Shown: positions 1 through 8,845 of the stretch, piece after piece
Position numbering within the stretch: the stretch's first letter is position 1
Layout: every line of letters begins with the position of its first letter
Assembly (NCBI GenBank): GCA_903907855.1
Contig: CAIVPT010000191.1
Coordinates: 875 to 64,874, forward strand
Origin: an uncultured Synechococcaceae cyanobacterium
GTDB lineage: Bacteria > Cyanobacteriota > Cyanobacteriia > PCC-6307 > Cyanobiaceae
DNA length: 64,000 nucleotides
Reading direction: 5' to 3'
Notes under the pieces: model-generated
Told to the model about the DNA's origin: nothing
Databases searched by the model: none
Seen by the model: the letters and a program-made list of their open reading frames with translations, nothing else
Program-made: the position numbers and the translations under genes

Positions 1-120
1 CTGCTGATCCAGGCCTGTCTGCGCGACGCATTTGTGGGGATCGGCAAGCCGGAACCGCTGCGGGAGAACCTCTCGGGCTGCTGGTCGCGCCGGATCGACG
101 ACGAGCATCGGCTCATCTGA
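1..120 (+). pseudogene. yoeB: YoeB/Txe-family toxin remnant (5' end off-window, apparently 3'-truncated)
   Basis: Frame +1 reads [39 protein letters not shown], then TGA at 118-120. GKPEPL..LSG.WSRRI..EHRL is the YoeB/Txe core. Family members normally continue about 18-20 aa further and end in the catalytic His-Tyr pair, which is missing here. Confidence 0.55.
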
Positions 121-124
121 GCGC

Positions 125-517
125 AGCGATGCCGGGGTGCTTCAACAGCCGCTGCTCTATCTGAGCCTTTTCTTCAAGCAGCACCGCAGCCGCTACAACG
201 AACTGCTCAACGGCATCCGGGAGGACGGCGACTGGGAAGCCTGGATCGATTTTTTCCTGGAAGGTGTCGAGAGCACAGCAACAGCTGCCGTCACCACCGC
301 ACACCGGCTGTTGGCGCTGTTCCGCGCCGATGGGGGCCGCCTGAGCGGCCTGGGGCGTTCAGGGCCCAGCGTCCGCCAGGTGTTTGCCGCGCTGTGCCGG
401 CGGCCACTCAACAGCATCAAACAGCTCAGCACTGTCTGCGACCTGAGCTTCCCCACGGCAGCCAAGGCTCTAGAGACCCTGGTGGACCTGGGCATTGCGG
501 TGGAGATCACCGGCGGG
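125..517 (+). pseudogene. Fic/DOC-family protein remnant (C-terminal half only)
   Basis: Frame +2 (inside track ORF 32..832) reads GVLQQPLLYLSLFFKQHRSRYNELLNGIREDGDWEAWIDFFLEGV...LVDLGIAVEITGG. This is typical of the region downstream of the Fic core. There is no HxFx(D/E)GNGR motif and no plausible start. Similarity begins right after the yoeB stop and ends at the vapC stop (507-509). Confidence 0.6.
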
Positions 518-949
518 CCTTGCCGCCTGCTCCCAGGAGTGCCGCCTCAAGGCCCAGCTGTTGGGCCGCCGCGACAAACGGAGCATCCAGGCTGCAGAGG
601 GTGGCGCCGCGGCCGCTGGCGATGGCCAGATGCAGGGCATCGGCCGCTCGCAGCGACGTGGTCCAGCCGCGCAGACAGGCATTGGCATTGCGAAAGTCCT
701 GGGGCTCTGGTTCCAGCACCAGCAGGCCTGGCGCCAGGCTGCGCTCAAATGCATTCAGCACCGTTTCGGCTTGCGCCTGGCTCAGGGCCTTGGTGCGCAC
801 CTTCAGGCCGAGGGCGGAATGGAGCTCGGTGATGCTCCAGGCACTGATCGCCAGCGGTGCACTGGCCTCAGCGAGAAACATCGTCGCCGTGGCGGAATGC
901 GCTTCCGGAAGCAACACCGCCAGCAGCACACACGTATCGAGGTAGAGCA

Positions 950-950
<1 letters not shown>
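507..950 (-). CDS. vapC: PIN-domain ribonuclease toxin VapC
   Basis: 147 aa starting MLYLDTCVLL. The four PIN acidic positions are visible: D5, E in SITELHS, D in AADALHLA, D in CSLDAPF. The start overlaps the upstream antitoxin stop by 1 nt (TGATG). Confidence 0.85.
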
Positions 951-1213
<263 letters not shown>

Positions 1214-1307
1214 CTAGGGAGGGCTGCCAGCTCTGCAGGCGCTGATATACCCCCAACAGGCCAACACCCCTAGGGTGATCCTTCCTATCCCGCCACACCC
1301 CCTAGTG

Positions 1308-2264
1308 ATGCGCACCGTGACCTTCGCCAATGGCGACCACATGCCCTTGCTGGGGCTGGGCACCTGGAAAGCGGCTCCGGGCGAGGTGGGGGCCGCGGTG
1401 CGGGAAGCGATCCGGCTTGGCTACCGCCACATCGACTGCGCCAGCGTCTACGCCAACGAGCCCGAGGTGGGGGCGGCGATCGGCGACGCGATCGCCGCCG
1501 GGGAGGTAACGCGCGAGGAGCTCTGGATCACCTCCAAGCTCTGGAGCAACGCCCACGGGCGCGAGAACGTGGAGCCGGCCCTGCGCCGCACCCTCGCCGA
1601 TCTGGGCCTGGAGTGGCTGGATCTCTACCTGGTGCACTGGCCGGTGCCGATCAAGCCCGGGGTGGCCTTCCCCAGCAGCAGTGAGGATCTGTTGCCACCC
1701 TCCCAGATGCCGATCGCCAGCACCTGGGAGGGGATGGAAGGGGTCCTGGAGGCGGGGCTCACACGCCATATCGGCGTCAGCAACTTCTCCAGCCACAAGC
1801 TGCACGAACTACTGGCCCATTGCCGCATCCGGCCGGAGGTGAACCAGGTGGAGCGCCACCCCTTGCTGCAACAGCCGGCCCTGCTGGCCGACTGCGCGGC
1901 TGAGGGCATCCACATCACCGCCTACTCGCCGCTCGGCTCCGGCGACCGGCCGGCCGGCCTCAAGGGCGCCGATGAACCGGTGCTTCTGGAGAACCCCGTG
2001 ATCGGCGCCATCGCCGCAGAGCATGGCTGCAGCCCCGCCCAGGTGCTGCTGGCCTGGCATCTGGAGGGCGGCATCTCCACCATCCCCAAATCGGTGAGCG
2101 CAACGCGGCTCCAGGAAAACCTGGCGGCTGCGGAGATCACGCTCACCCCGGCCGATCTCGAGCGCATCGCCGCGCTGGATCAGAACCTCCGCCTGGTGAA
2201 TGGGTCGTTCTGGCTGATGGAAGGTAGCCCCTGGACGCTCCAGAGCCTCTGGGATGGGCCCTGA
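1308..2264 (+). CDS. Aldo/keto reductase
   Basis: MPLLGLGTWK, GYRHIDCASVY, LWITSKLW and IPKS are AKR catalytic and cofactor motifs. ATG at 1308 is preferred over the track start at 1275. Confidence 0.85.
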   Translation: MRTVTFANGDHMPLLGLGTWKAAPGEVGAAVREAIRLGYRHIDCASVYANEPEVGAAIGDAIAAGEVTREELWITSKLWSNAHGRENVEPALRRTLADLGLEWLDLYLVHWPVPIKPGVAFPSSSEDLLPPSQMPIASTWEGMEGVLEAGLTRHIGVSNFSSHKLHELLAHCRIRPEVNQVERHPLLQQPALLADCAAEGIHITAYSPLGSGDRPAGLKGADEPVLLENPVIGAIAAEHGCSPAQVLLAWHLEGGISTIPKSVSATRLQENLAAAEITLTPADLERIAALDQNLRLVNGSFWLMEGSPWTLQSLWDGP

Positions 2265-2284
2265 CCCATCCCGCAGCACCTGGG

Positions 2285-3601
2285 TCAAGCCCGCGGCGGA
2301 AGCCGATCGATGATCTGATGCCGCATTCGCAGCGCCTCCCTCTCGATGGCGTTGTCATCAAGGGTGGTCAGGCGGCGATTGCTGAGCAGCAGCTGACCAT
2401 TCACCATCAGATCGCGCACATCACTGGCCTTGCTGGCGTAAACCAGCGCCGAGTAGATGCTGCTGAGCGGCACCTGGTTGATCGCCTCCATCTCCAATAC
2501 CACCAGATCCGCCCGCTTGCCCACCTCCAGCGAGCCGATCTGCGCCTCCAGATGCAGGGCCCTGGCCCCACGGATGGTGGCCAGTTCAAAGGCCTCCTGG
2601 GCGGAGACCACCTTGGGATCAGCGTTGATCAGCTTGTGCAATTTAGCCGCCGTATCGATCTCCTCCCAGAGGCTGAGATCGTTGTTGGAAGCCGAACCAT
2701 CGGTACCCAAGCCCACCGGCATGTCACGCGTCAACATCTGCGGCAGGGGTGCCACGCCGGAGGCCAGCTTCATGTTCGACTGGGGATTGTGCACCACGCC
2801 AACGCCGTGATGCACGAGCAAATCAAGTTCATGATCTTCGGCCCACACCACATGGGCCGCCACCATCCGCTCGCTGAGCACCCCGAGCCGCGCGAGGTGC
2901 TCCACGGGCCTGGCCCCCTTGAGCCGCACGCTTTCGGCTACCTCATGGCGAGTTTCCGCCAAATGGATGATCAACGGGCAGCCGCGATCGAGCGCAACGT
3001 GATGGGCCTCGATCAGATGGGCATCGCCCACGGTATAGGGGGCATGGGGGGCGATCGCCGGCGTGATCAGGGCATGGCCCTGCCAGCGGTCCACGAAGCG
3101 GGTGATGCACTCCATCGCCGCGGCATGGTCGGCAGCATCGGGGGAGGGGAAATCGATCAGCACCTGCCCGAGCAGGCCCCGCAACCCCGCGGCCGCCAGC
3201 TCCTCAGCCACCGCCATCTCGTAGTAGTACATGTCGCATACGGTGGTGATGCCGCCGCGGATCAGTTCCGCAATGCCAAGGCGTGTGCCACTGCGCACGA
3301 AGGCCTCATCCACATTCATCGCCTCAGCAGGGAAGATCGTGTGCTGCAGCCAGTCGTCGAGATCCTGGTCGTCGGCCAGGCCGCGGAACAGGGTCATCGG
3401 CAGATGCGCATGGCCGTTGATGAGCCCTGGAATCACGGTGCGACCCGCGGCATCGAGACGCTGCGCGGCAAGGCAGGAGGCCTCCACAACAGTGCGCTCA
3501 CCGACGGCAACAATCTGGCCCGCTGTGATGGCCACAGCCCCATCGGCAATCACCCGCCGCTGGGGATCCATCGTCACAACGATGCCTCCCGATACGAGCA
3601 T
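2285..3601 (-). CDS. Amidohydrolase, chlorohydrolase / MTA-SAH deaminase-like
   Basis: INGHAHLPMTLFRG (HxH metal site), IHLAET and GLGTDGSASNN are typical of the cytosine/guanine-deaminase-like amidohydrolase superfamily. The start is taken at MLVSGGIVVTMDP (3601). Confidence 0.8.
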   Translation of the reverse strand: MLVSGGIVVTMDPQRRVIADGAVAITAGQIVAVGERTVVEASCLAAQRLDAAGRTVIPGLINGHAHLPMTLFRGLADDQDLDDWLQHTIFPAEAMNVDEAFVRSGTRLGIAELIRGGITTVCDMYYYEMAVAEELAAAGLRGLLGQVLIDFPSPDAADHAAAMECITRFVDRWQGHALITPAIAPHAPYTVGDAHLIEAHHVALDRGCPLIIHLAETRHEVAESVRLKGARPVEHLARLGVLSERMVAAHVVWAEDHELDLLVHHGVGVVHNPQSNMKLASGVAPLPQMLTRDMPVGLGTDGSASNNDLSLWEEIDTAAKLHKLINADPKVVSAQEAFELATIRGARALHLEAQIGSLEVGKRADLVVLEMEAINQVPLSSIYSALVYASKASDVRDLMVNGQLLLSNRRLTTLDDNAIEREALRMRHQIIDRLPPRA

Positions 3602-3650
3602 ATCGACAGGGAGCGGGGCAGCGGAGGAGAGAGACGGCGATACCAAGATG

Positions 3651-4271
3651 TCAGAGGCAGGAGGGGAAAGAAGGACCCAAGCGGCAGGCGCTTGGCATGC
3701 CGGCAACGCGCTGCTTCGCCTCCTTGGCTACGGCCGGGGTGTTGCATTCCACCAGGATCACCTCCACCCGCACCACGGCAAAATCGAGGCTGCGCAAAAT
3801 GGCCAGTTCCGCCCCTTCCACATCCACAGCCAGCAGATGCACCGTCTCGACACCACGAGCTCGCAACAGCTCACCTAAAGGCACCGTGTCCACCCAGTGG
3901 GCTCGCACATGCTCATCGGTAGCGTTGTACTGCTCGATATAGGCGTGCTCCCGCGGGCCCATGAACTTGCACAGGCCGGCGAGATAGCCGTAATCGAGGA
4001 AGATCGATCGCCCCACCTGATCGGCCACACAGGCGTTGATCACCTCCGAGGCTCGCTGGGCGCGCAGGGCCTCACAGGCCGAAGGCCGGGCTTCGATCAG
4101 CAGGCCCCGCCATCTGCGCTGCGTTTCGAAAAAATAGGTGTTGTTGATCTCAACCGGATCGGCCGAGCCGACTTCCACGAAAAAGAGATCTTCCGCACCT
4201 CGAAATAACTCCAGGTCGAGGAATTGATCCTGGCCGAACTGCGAGACGTAGGGGCTGGGATCGTCGGCCAA
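3651..4271 (-). CDS. FkbM-family methyltransferase
   Basis: FVEVGSADPVEINNTYFFE...WRGLLIEA...VHLLAVDVEGAELAIL matches the FkbM pattern (FvDvGA ... iDvEGaE..vL). The start is TTG at 4271. Confidence 0.7.
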   Translation of the reverse strand: MADDPSPYVSQFGQDQFLDLELFRGAEDLFFVEVGSADPVEINNTYFFETQRRWRGLLIEARPSACEALRAQRASEVINACVADQVGRSIFLDYGYLAGLCKFMGPREHAYIEQYNATDEHVRAHWVDTVPLGELLRARGVETVHLLAVDVEGAELAILRSLDFAVVRVEVILVECNTPAVAKEAKQRVAGMPSACRLGPSFPSCL

Positions 4272-4309
4272 AGGGACGGGGTGGGGCGCGATGAAGGGCA
4301 GGCCCGGGC

Positions 4310-4684
4310 TTATCCCCTTGGCTTGATCAACTGAAGCACCTGGGGGCCAAGCCCCCCGGCGCGCCGTTCACAATCGAGCGCCTGCAGGATCAGACGGGCT
4401 GATGATTCGATGTCTGCCTCCTCAGCCCGAAGGCGGGCCTGGCCGTGCAGCTCTTCGGCGCGGGCCAGAAGGCGCTGGCGCTGCTCAGGGCCGGCATGGC
4501 CGTTGCCCGAGGGCGCGGGAGCCGCAGCGTTGGGGGATCCCAGAAAAACCTTGGGGCGCGGAAGCGTCGCGGAGGACGGAAGGCCGGTCATGGGTCCTGC
4601 GGAAGGCGGCGGCGGAGGCATGGGGGGCAAGCCGACCGAAGGCGGTCGGTGACTTCCGACTATTGGCGCCATGAATGGGGCCAA
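4310..4684 (-). CDS. Hypothetical protein, Pro-rich N-terminus with helical C-terminus
   Basis: Open frame with GC-rich third positions. I recognise no family. The start is uncertain. Confidence 0.4.
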   Translation of the reverse strand: MAPFMAPIVGSHRPPSVGLPPMPPPPPSAGPMTGLPSSATLPRPKVFLGSPNAAAPAPSGNGHAGPEQRQRLLARAEELHGQARLRAEEADIESSARLILQALDCERRAGGLGPQVLQLIKPRG

Positions 4685-4765
4685 TCGGAACGAACAGGGA
4701 ATCAGGAAACCGGCGGATAACGCGCATCCGCCAATCGCTTAGCCGAAGTGTAACAACATTCAGAG

Positions 4766-4797
4766 CCTGTGGCCACGGGATGGGCCCGGGCCACAGG
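4766..4797 (-). terminator. Stem-loop downstream of the 4831..5088 ORF
   Basis: CCTGTGGCC (4766-4774) is the exact reverse complement of GGCCACAGG (4789-4797), with a 14-nt loop. It lies 34 nt past the stop of the upstream minus-strand ORF. There is no clean U-tract. Confidence 0.35.
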
Positions 4798-4830
4798 GGG
4801 GAAGGGGAAAAGGGCTGAAATGCCAGGCGC

Positions 4831-5088
4831 TCAGGTGCCGGGCTCTTCCAGTTCTTCGCCCAGAGCTGCGATCTGATCGCGCAACTGCTGGGATCGGGCG
4901 AGATCACCGCGGGTCAGAGCCACGGCCAGGGCGAACTGAAGCTTTTCCCTCTGGTGCTCCCCCTCTGCGGGGGTACGGGCCGGCGTCTGGCAGCGGGGGG
5001 AAGCGGCGCCTGGGCGGGGGGACGGGGCCGCGCAGACGGGGCCTGGTGGGCGGGAAGGGCCGGAAGGCGTGGGGGCGGGGTAAGCCAT
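4831..5088 (-). CDS. Hypothetical protein, Pro-rich N-terminus with UVR-like C-terminal helix
   Basis: MAYPAPTPSGP...EKLQFALAVALTRGDLARSQQLRDQIAALGEE. The C-terminus resembles the UvrB/UvrC UVR motif (..A....d...A..lRD.I..L). GGAAGAAAG precedes the second ATG, so I start at 5088. Confidence 0.45.
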   Translation of the reverse strand: MAYPAPTPSGPSRPPGPVCAAPSPRPGAASPRCQTPARTPAEGEHQREKLQFALAVALTRGDLARSQQLRDQIAALGEELEEPGT

Positions 5089-5133
5089 GGCCGACTTTCT
5101 TCCCATTGTGTCACCCCTCGCCAGGGGGTGGCA

Positions 5134-5481
5134 TCAGGCGGCGGCCGGATAGCCGTCCCGATGGTCGGAGCTGGAGCCGTAGTCCTCGGAGCCGTGGTCC
5201 TCGGAGCCATCGTCCTCAAGACTGCGACGATCCTCTGGCGACAGAGCCGCGGCAATCGGGCTGTTGTCCTCCAGCAGATCGCGGCAGTCGCGCAACAGGC
5301 GCTCCACGTTCTCCAGGCTGGCCAGCTCCTCCGGATCCTCTGCCTGGGGTGCCGTCAGATGCTGCTCCATCGCCGCCAGGCGCTGCTCCAGCGTCACCAA
5401 CCGCTGGGAGAGGGCGTGGATGGTGGCGGCCAGATCCTCAGCGCTGCGGGTGATGCGGAACGAAACCGATGGGGTGGCCAT
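5134..5481 (-). CDS. Hypothetical coiled-coil protein with acidic Ser/Asp/Glu tail
   Basis: MATPSVSFRITRSAEDLAATIHALSQRLVTLEQRLAAMEQHL...GSEDHGSEDYGSSSD. G/C preference at third positions is strong across the frame. Confidence 0.6.
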   Translation of the reverse strand: MATPSVSFRITRSAEDLAATIHALSQRLVTLEQRLAAMEQHLTAPQAEDPEELASLENVERLLRDCRDLLEDNSPIAAALSPEDRRSLEDDGSEDHGSEDYGSSSDHRDGYPAAA

Positions 5482-5583
5482 GACAAGGAAAACGATCTCG
5501 GCGCATGACAACACAATCCGGCCGCCGCCTCAAGCGGTTGCCGTCGATGATCTCGCAGACTGAGACGGCATTCTGGGCGCCTG

Positions 5584-6114
5584 GTGCGGCCGATGACCCT
5601 TCCCTGGAATCTGATCCTCTACGCCCTGGCGGGAACCGGGGGTGGGCTCCTGGCCCAGCGCACCGGCATCCCCTCGGCAGGCCTGGTGGGCGCCCTGGTG
5701 GGGGCGGCGTTGGTGAGCATGAGCGGCCGCCTGGAGCTGGCCCAGTGGCCGTCGGGCACCCAAACCTTTCTCCAGATAGCCATCGGCACCGTGATCGGCA
5801 CAGGCCTCACCGCGGCCACCGTGCGCGAGTTGAGCACCCTCTGGCGTCCGGCGCTGCTGATCACCCTCACCCTCGTGGTGACCGGAATCACGGTGGGGCT
5901 CTGGAGCGCCAGGCTGCTGGGCATCGATCCTGTGGTGGCCCTGCTCGGGGCGGCCCCGGGCGGGATCAGCGGCATGAGCCTGGTGGGGGCGGAGTTCGGG
6001 GTGGGGGCCGCGGTGGCGGCCCTGCACGCGGTGCGCCTGATCACAGTGCTGCTGGTGCTGCCCCTGGTGGTGAGGCTGGTGATGCCCGAAGCGGGCGGCA
6101 CACCGCCGGGGTGA
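5584..6114 (+). CDS. AbrB-family membrane protein (half-size, single repeat)
   Basis: Multi-pass hydrophobic protein with GIPSAGLVGALVGAALV...LQIAIGTVIG...LLGAAPGGISGMSL. This is typical of the AbrB/putative ammonia-monooxygenase-type membrane family. An alternative ATG lies at 5593. Confidence 0.7.
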   Translation: MRPMTLPWNLILYALAGTGGGLLAQRTGIPSAGLVGALVGAALVSMSGRLELAQWPSGTQTFLQIAIGTVIGTGLTAATVRELSTLWRPALLITLTLVVTGITVGLWSARLLGIDPVVALLGAAPGGISGMSLVGAEFGVGAAVAALHAVRLITVLLVLPLVVRLVMPEAGGTPPG

Positions 6115-6238
6115 GCTTCGCCGCCGTGGGCACCGCAGAAGCGGGTGGTGGCTGAGTCCGGTGCGGCGGCCGGCCCCCTGGACAGGCCCTCTGGGCTCGA
6201 TACGTTGGCCCATCGGCTGTCCCTCTCCCCCCCGCCCG

Positions 6239-6688
6239 ATGGCTCCCCGCCTGCCTGTTTCGTTGCGCTCCCCGCTGCTCTCGCTGCTCGCCGTGGGCGC
6301 CACCTCCCTCGGACTGCTGGCCCCGCCCAGCGGGGCCAGCGCCCAGGCCGCCCCCAGCGATGGCCCCGGCGCCAAGGGGGCCCAGGTGTATTGCTTCATG
6401 CGCAACAACGGCAATGACCACACGGTGAGCTGGAACGCGGCCTACGCGCTGATCAAGCGCCAGAGCGCCAGCATGTTTCGCACCTCGCCGGAGCACGCCG
6501 CGGTGATGATCACCGAGGCGGTAGTCAACAATCCCGGCACCTTCCCGGATTGCGGCCGCTACCTGGGCGACCTCTACCGCCGTGGCCAGCCCGGCGCCGC
6601 CACCAGCGAAGCCGCACCCGCCGCGCCCGCCGGTGGTAGAGCGGAGAGCAGCAACACGATGACCCGCGGTGATCGGTACAGCAACTGA
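6239..6688 (+). CDS. Secreted conserved hypothetical protein
   Basis: Signal peptide MAPRLPVSLRSPLLSLLAVGATSLGLLAPPSGASA, then VYCFMRNNGNDHTVSWNAAYALIKRQ...PDCGRYLGDLY. I recognise no family. Confidence 0.6.
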   Translation: MAPRLPVSLRSPLLSLLAVGATSLGLLAPPSGASAQAAPSDGPGAKGAQVYCFMRNNGNDHTVSWNAAYALIKRQSASMFRTSPEHAAVMITEAVVNNPGTFPDCGRYLGDLYRRGQPGAATSEAAPAAPAGGRAESSNTMTRGDRYSN

Positions 6689-7124
6689 TCCGCTCCTCCC
6701 GCCCGGCGGGTCGCGTTCGGCGAAGGCCCAGCGGTGGGACCGCCGGCCGCCAAACCCGAGGATCAAGCGAGCAAGGATTGGGCAAACCCTGCCCCTGCTT
6801 TTGCTGTTCGCAACCTGCCTTGGTGGCTGCGCCGAAGAACCTTTGCCCCAGCGCCGGCTTTCCCAGGACGACTGTCTGCGGGAGGTGCGGATGGAGGCGA
6901 TCGAGGAGGCGTTGCAGCGCTGCGACCGGGTGGTGGCGGCCTTCCCCCGCGAGCCCCAGCCCCTGAACGAGCGCTTCCTGCTGCACAGCCTGCGCGGCGA
7001 TGTCGACAAGGCCTGCCGGGACATCGCTGCGGCCACCCGGCTGGCGGCGCGACTGCCGGCCGACCGGCTCGACCCCCTGCTACGCAACGATCTGCGGCTG
7101 CGCGCCGCCAGCTGTCGGGGGTAA
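6669..7124 (+). CDS. Putative lipoprotein (start codon unresolved)
   Basis: Lipobox LLLFATCLGG-C preceded by RIKRARIGQT. The only canonical in-frame start is GTG at 6669, about 35 codons upstream of the signal peptide. Confidence 0.5.
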   Translation: MIGTATDPLLPPGGSRSAKAQRWDRRPPNPRIKRARIGQTLPLLLLFATCLGGCAEEPLPQRRLSQDDCLREVRMEAIEEALQRCDRVVAAFPREPQPLNERFLLHSLRGDVDKACRDIAAATRLAARLPADRLDPLLRNDLRLRAASCRG

Positions 7125-7149
7125 GGGGCAGGGGGTGAGGGGCAGGGGG
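7117..7149 (+). other. G-quadruplex-forming motif with five G-tracts
   Basis: GGGGG-TAA-GGGG-CA-GGGGG-TGA-GGGG-CA-GGGGG. It includes a 12-nt direct repeat AGGGGCAGGGGG x2. It spans the lipoprotein stop codon and fills the convergent gap up to the SNF2 stop at 7154. Confidence 0.5.
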
Positions 7150-7153
7150 AAGC

Positions 7154-8803
7154 TCAGCCCTCCGGCCAGCCCTCGAGCAGGCGGCGACCCAGGGCCGCCA
7201 CAGCCTGGCGGCGGTGACGGTCGTGGGGGCTGTGGAGAAGCTCGGCGATGCGTTCCGCCTTGCCGGCGATCAGGTCGTCAACGAACCGATCGGCCACCCC
7301 CAACTGCAACCAGTGGCAGGTGAGGGCCGCCCCCATGCCGATGCGATGGCAGCGGTCCTCGGCCTGCTCTGCATCACCGGGGGTCCAGGGACGTTCAAGC
7401 AGCACCACGTGGCGAGCGCGATGCAGGGTGAAGCCCAGCCCACCGGTGCCATAGGTGGCGATCAGCAGCGGGCAGCGGCCCGCCTGAAAGGCATCCACCA
7501 CCGCGGAGCGTCGCCGCGGTGGCACAGCACCCTCCAGCAACAGGGCGCCCCCACTGCCCCCGAAGCGGCGATGGAGGGTGCGGGCGCTGGCCACAAAAGC
7601 GGTGAACAGCACCACCGCCTCCCCCTCGGCCCGCAGAGTCTCGATCAGGTGCACAGCGGCGGTCAGCTTGAAGGCGGAGCCGATCTGCCGCAGGGCCGTG
7701 AGCGCGGCCAGCACCTCCGCGTCGCGGCGCACCTCACCGCGGGCGGCTCGGCGCCGGTAGGCCTCCACGGTGTCCTGCAGCTGGCGATCGAAGCTGCGGG
7801 CCGCAGCGGCCTCCAGGGGCACCGGGTGGAACCGTCGCTGCTTGGGGGGGAGATCGAGACACTGCTGCTTGGTGCGATGCAGGAGAAGGGGCCGCACCAG
7901 CTGCTGCAACTCCCCCAGGTGGGAGGCGCCGCTGGCCTGCCAGATCCGACGCCCCCCCTGCTCACGCCAGTGGCCCTGGGCATAACGCTCCTCGAAGGCG
8001 CGCTGATCGGCGCCGAGGGGATGGCCGATCGCCGCCAGCAGGGGAAAGAGCTGGTCCGGACGGCCGTTGCGCATGGGCGTACCCGTGAGCAGCCAGATCG
8101 CCCGGAGGCGGGGATGGCGCGCCAGGCGCAGGAAGGCCTGGGTGCGGCGGGCGGTCAGGTTCTGGGCGTAGTGGGCCTCGTCGGCGATCAGCACCGTGCC
8201 CGCCTCCGGCAACTCCGCCGGCAGGCGGGCCCAGCTGTGCAGCTCCAGCCGCAGCCCAAGGGCCGCCGCCTCGCGCCGCCAATGGGGGTGCAGGCCGGCG
8301 GGGGCCACCACCGCGATGCGGCAATCGGCCAGGCGTGCCATCGCGCGAGCGGCCGTGAGGGAAGTGAGGGTTTTGCCCAGGCCCATCGCATCGGCCAGGA
8401 TTGCGCCGCGGCGAGGCAGCAGCCAACGCACCCCCGCCCGTTGATGGGCCAACAGGCCGCGGCCGTCGACCAGCGGCTGATCGAGGTCGGACGCGGCCAC
8501 CAGGGCCCGGTGGGGGGGCAGCGGGGGCAGGGGCTGCCGCGTCCAGGCCAGCCAGCGATCGAGCTCGGGGGTGCGGGGAAAACGGCCCGCCAACAGCCGC
8601 TCGAGGATCGCCGCGGCCTCGAACGGGAACTCCCAGCAGCCCCGCCGGGGCAGCCAGCGGCCGGCGGGACGCACCGCCCGCAGCTGGGCATGGGTGACCG
8701 CATCGAAGGGGCTGACCACTTCGATCAGGCCGGCGGGACCCAGCCCCATCTGGACAAGCGGGGGCGTCAATCGCGGAAAGTGACGTCTCCGACACATTGA
8801 CAC
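7154..8803 (-). CDS. SNF2-family helicase with HARP-like N-terminal domain
   Basis: Helicase motifs [12 protein letters not shown] (I), [11 protein letters not shown] (II), LLTGTPMRN (III), and C-terminal HRIGM. The N-terminus [45 protein letters not shown] fits the HARP pattern (f.v...yd......fk.ip.r.w....k.W.fp). An alternative start lies at 8749. Confidence 0.85.
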   Translation of the reverse strand: MSMCRRRHFPRLTPPLVQMGLGPAGLIEVVSPFDAVTHAQLRAVRPAGRWLPRRGCWEFPFEAAAILERLLAGRFPRTPELDRWLAWTRQPLPPLPPHRALVAASDLDQPLVDGRGLLAHQRAGVRWLLPRRGAILADAMGLGKTLTSLTAARAMARLADCRIAVVAPAGLHPHWRREAAALGLRLELHSWARLPAELPEAGTVLIADEAHYAQNLTARRTQAFLRLARHPRLRAIWLLTGTPMRNGRPDQLFPLLAAIGHPLGADQRAFEERYAQGHWREQGGRRIWQASGASHLGELQQLVRPLLLHRTKQQCLDLPPKQRRFHPVPLEAAAARSFDRQLQDTVEAYRRRAARGEVRRDAEVLAALTALRQIGSAFKLTAAVHLIETLRAEGEAVVLFTAFVASARTLHRRFGGSGGALLLEGAVPPRRRSAVVDAFQAGRCPLLIATYGTGGLGFTLHRARHVVLLERPWTPGDAEQAEDRCHRIGMGAALTCHWLQLGVADRFVDDLIAGKAERIAELLHSPHDRHRRQAVAALGRRLLEGWPEG

Positions 8804-8845
8804 CCCAGTGACTGCAGCCAGACTCCCGCCAATCGGACATCATCC

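Noticed and set aside
32-832. 266-aa plus-strand ORF as an intact gene
   Set aside because: Only codons from about 125 to 517 resemble a protein family (the Fic C-terminal half). The N-terminal part overlaps the yoeB frame, and the part beyond 517 is antisense to vapC with Arg/Gly/Pro-rich composition.
2318-3922. 534-aa plus-strand ORF (and similar shadows 7214..8800 and 12814..14337)
   Set aside because: They lie opposite the amidohydrolase, SNF2 and cyclophilin/thiL genes respectively. None has recognisable motifs.
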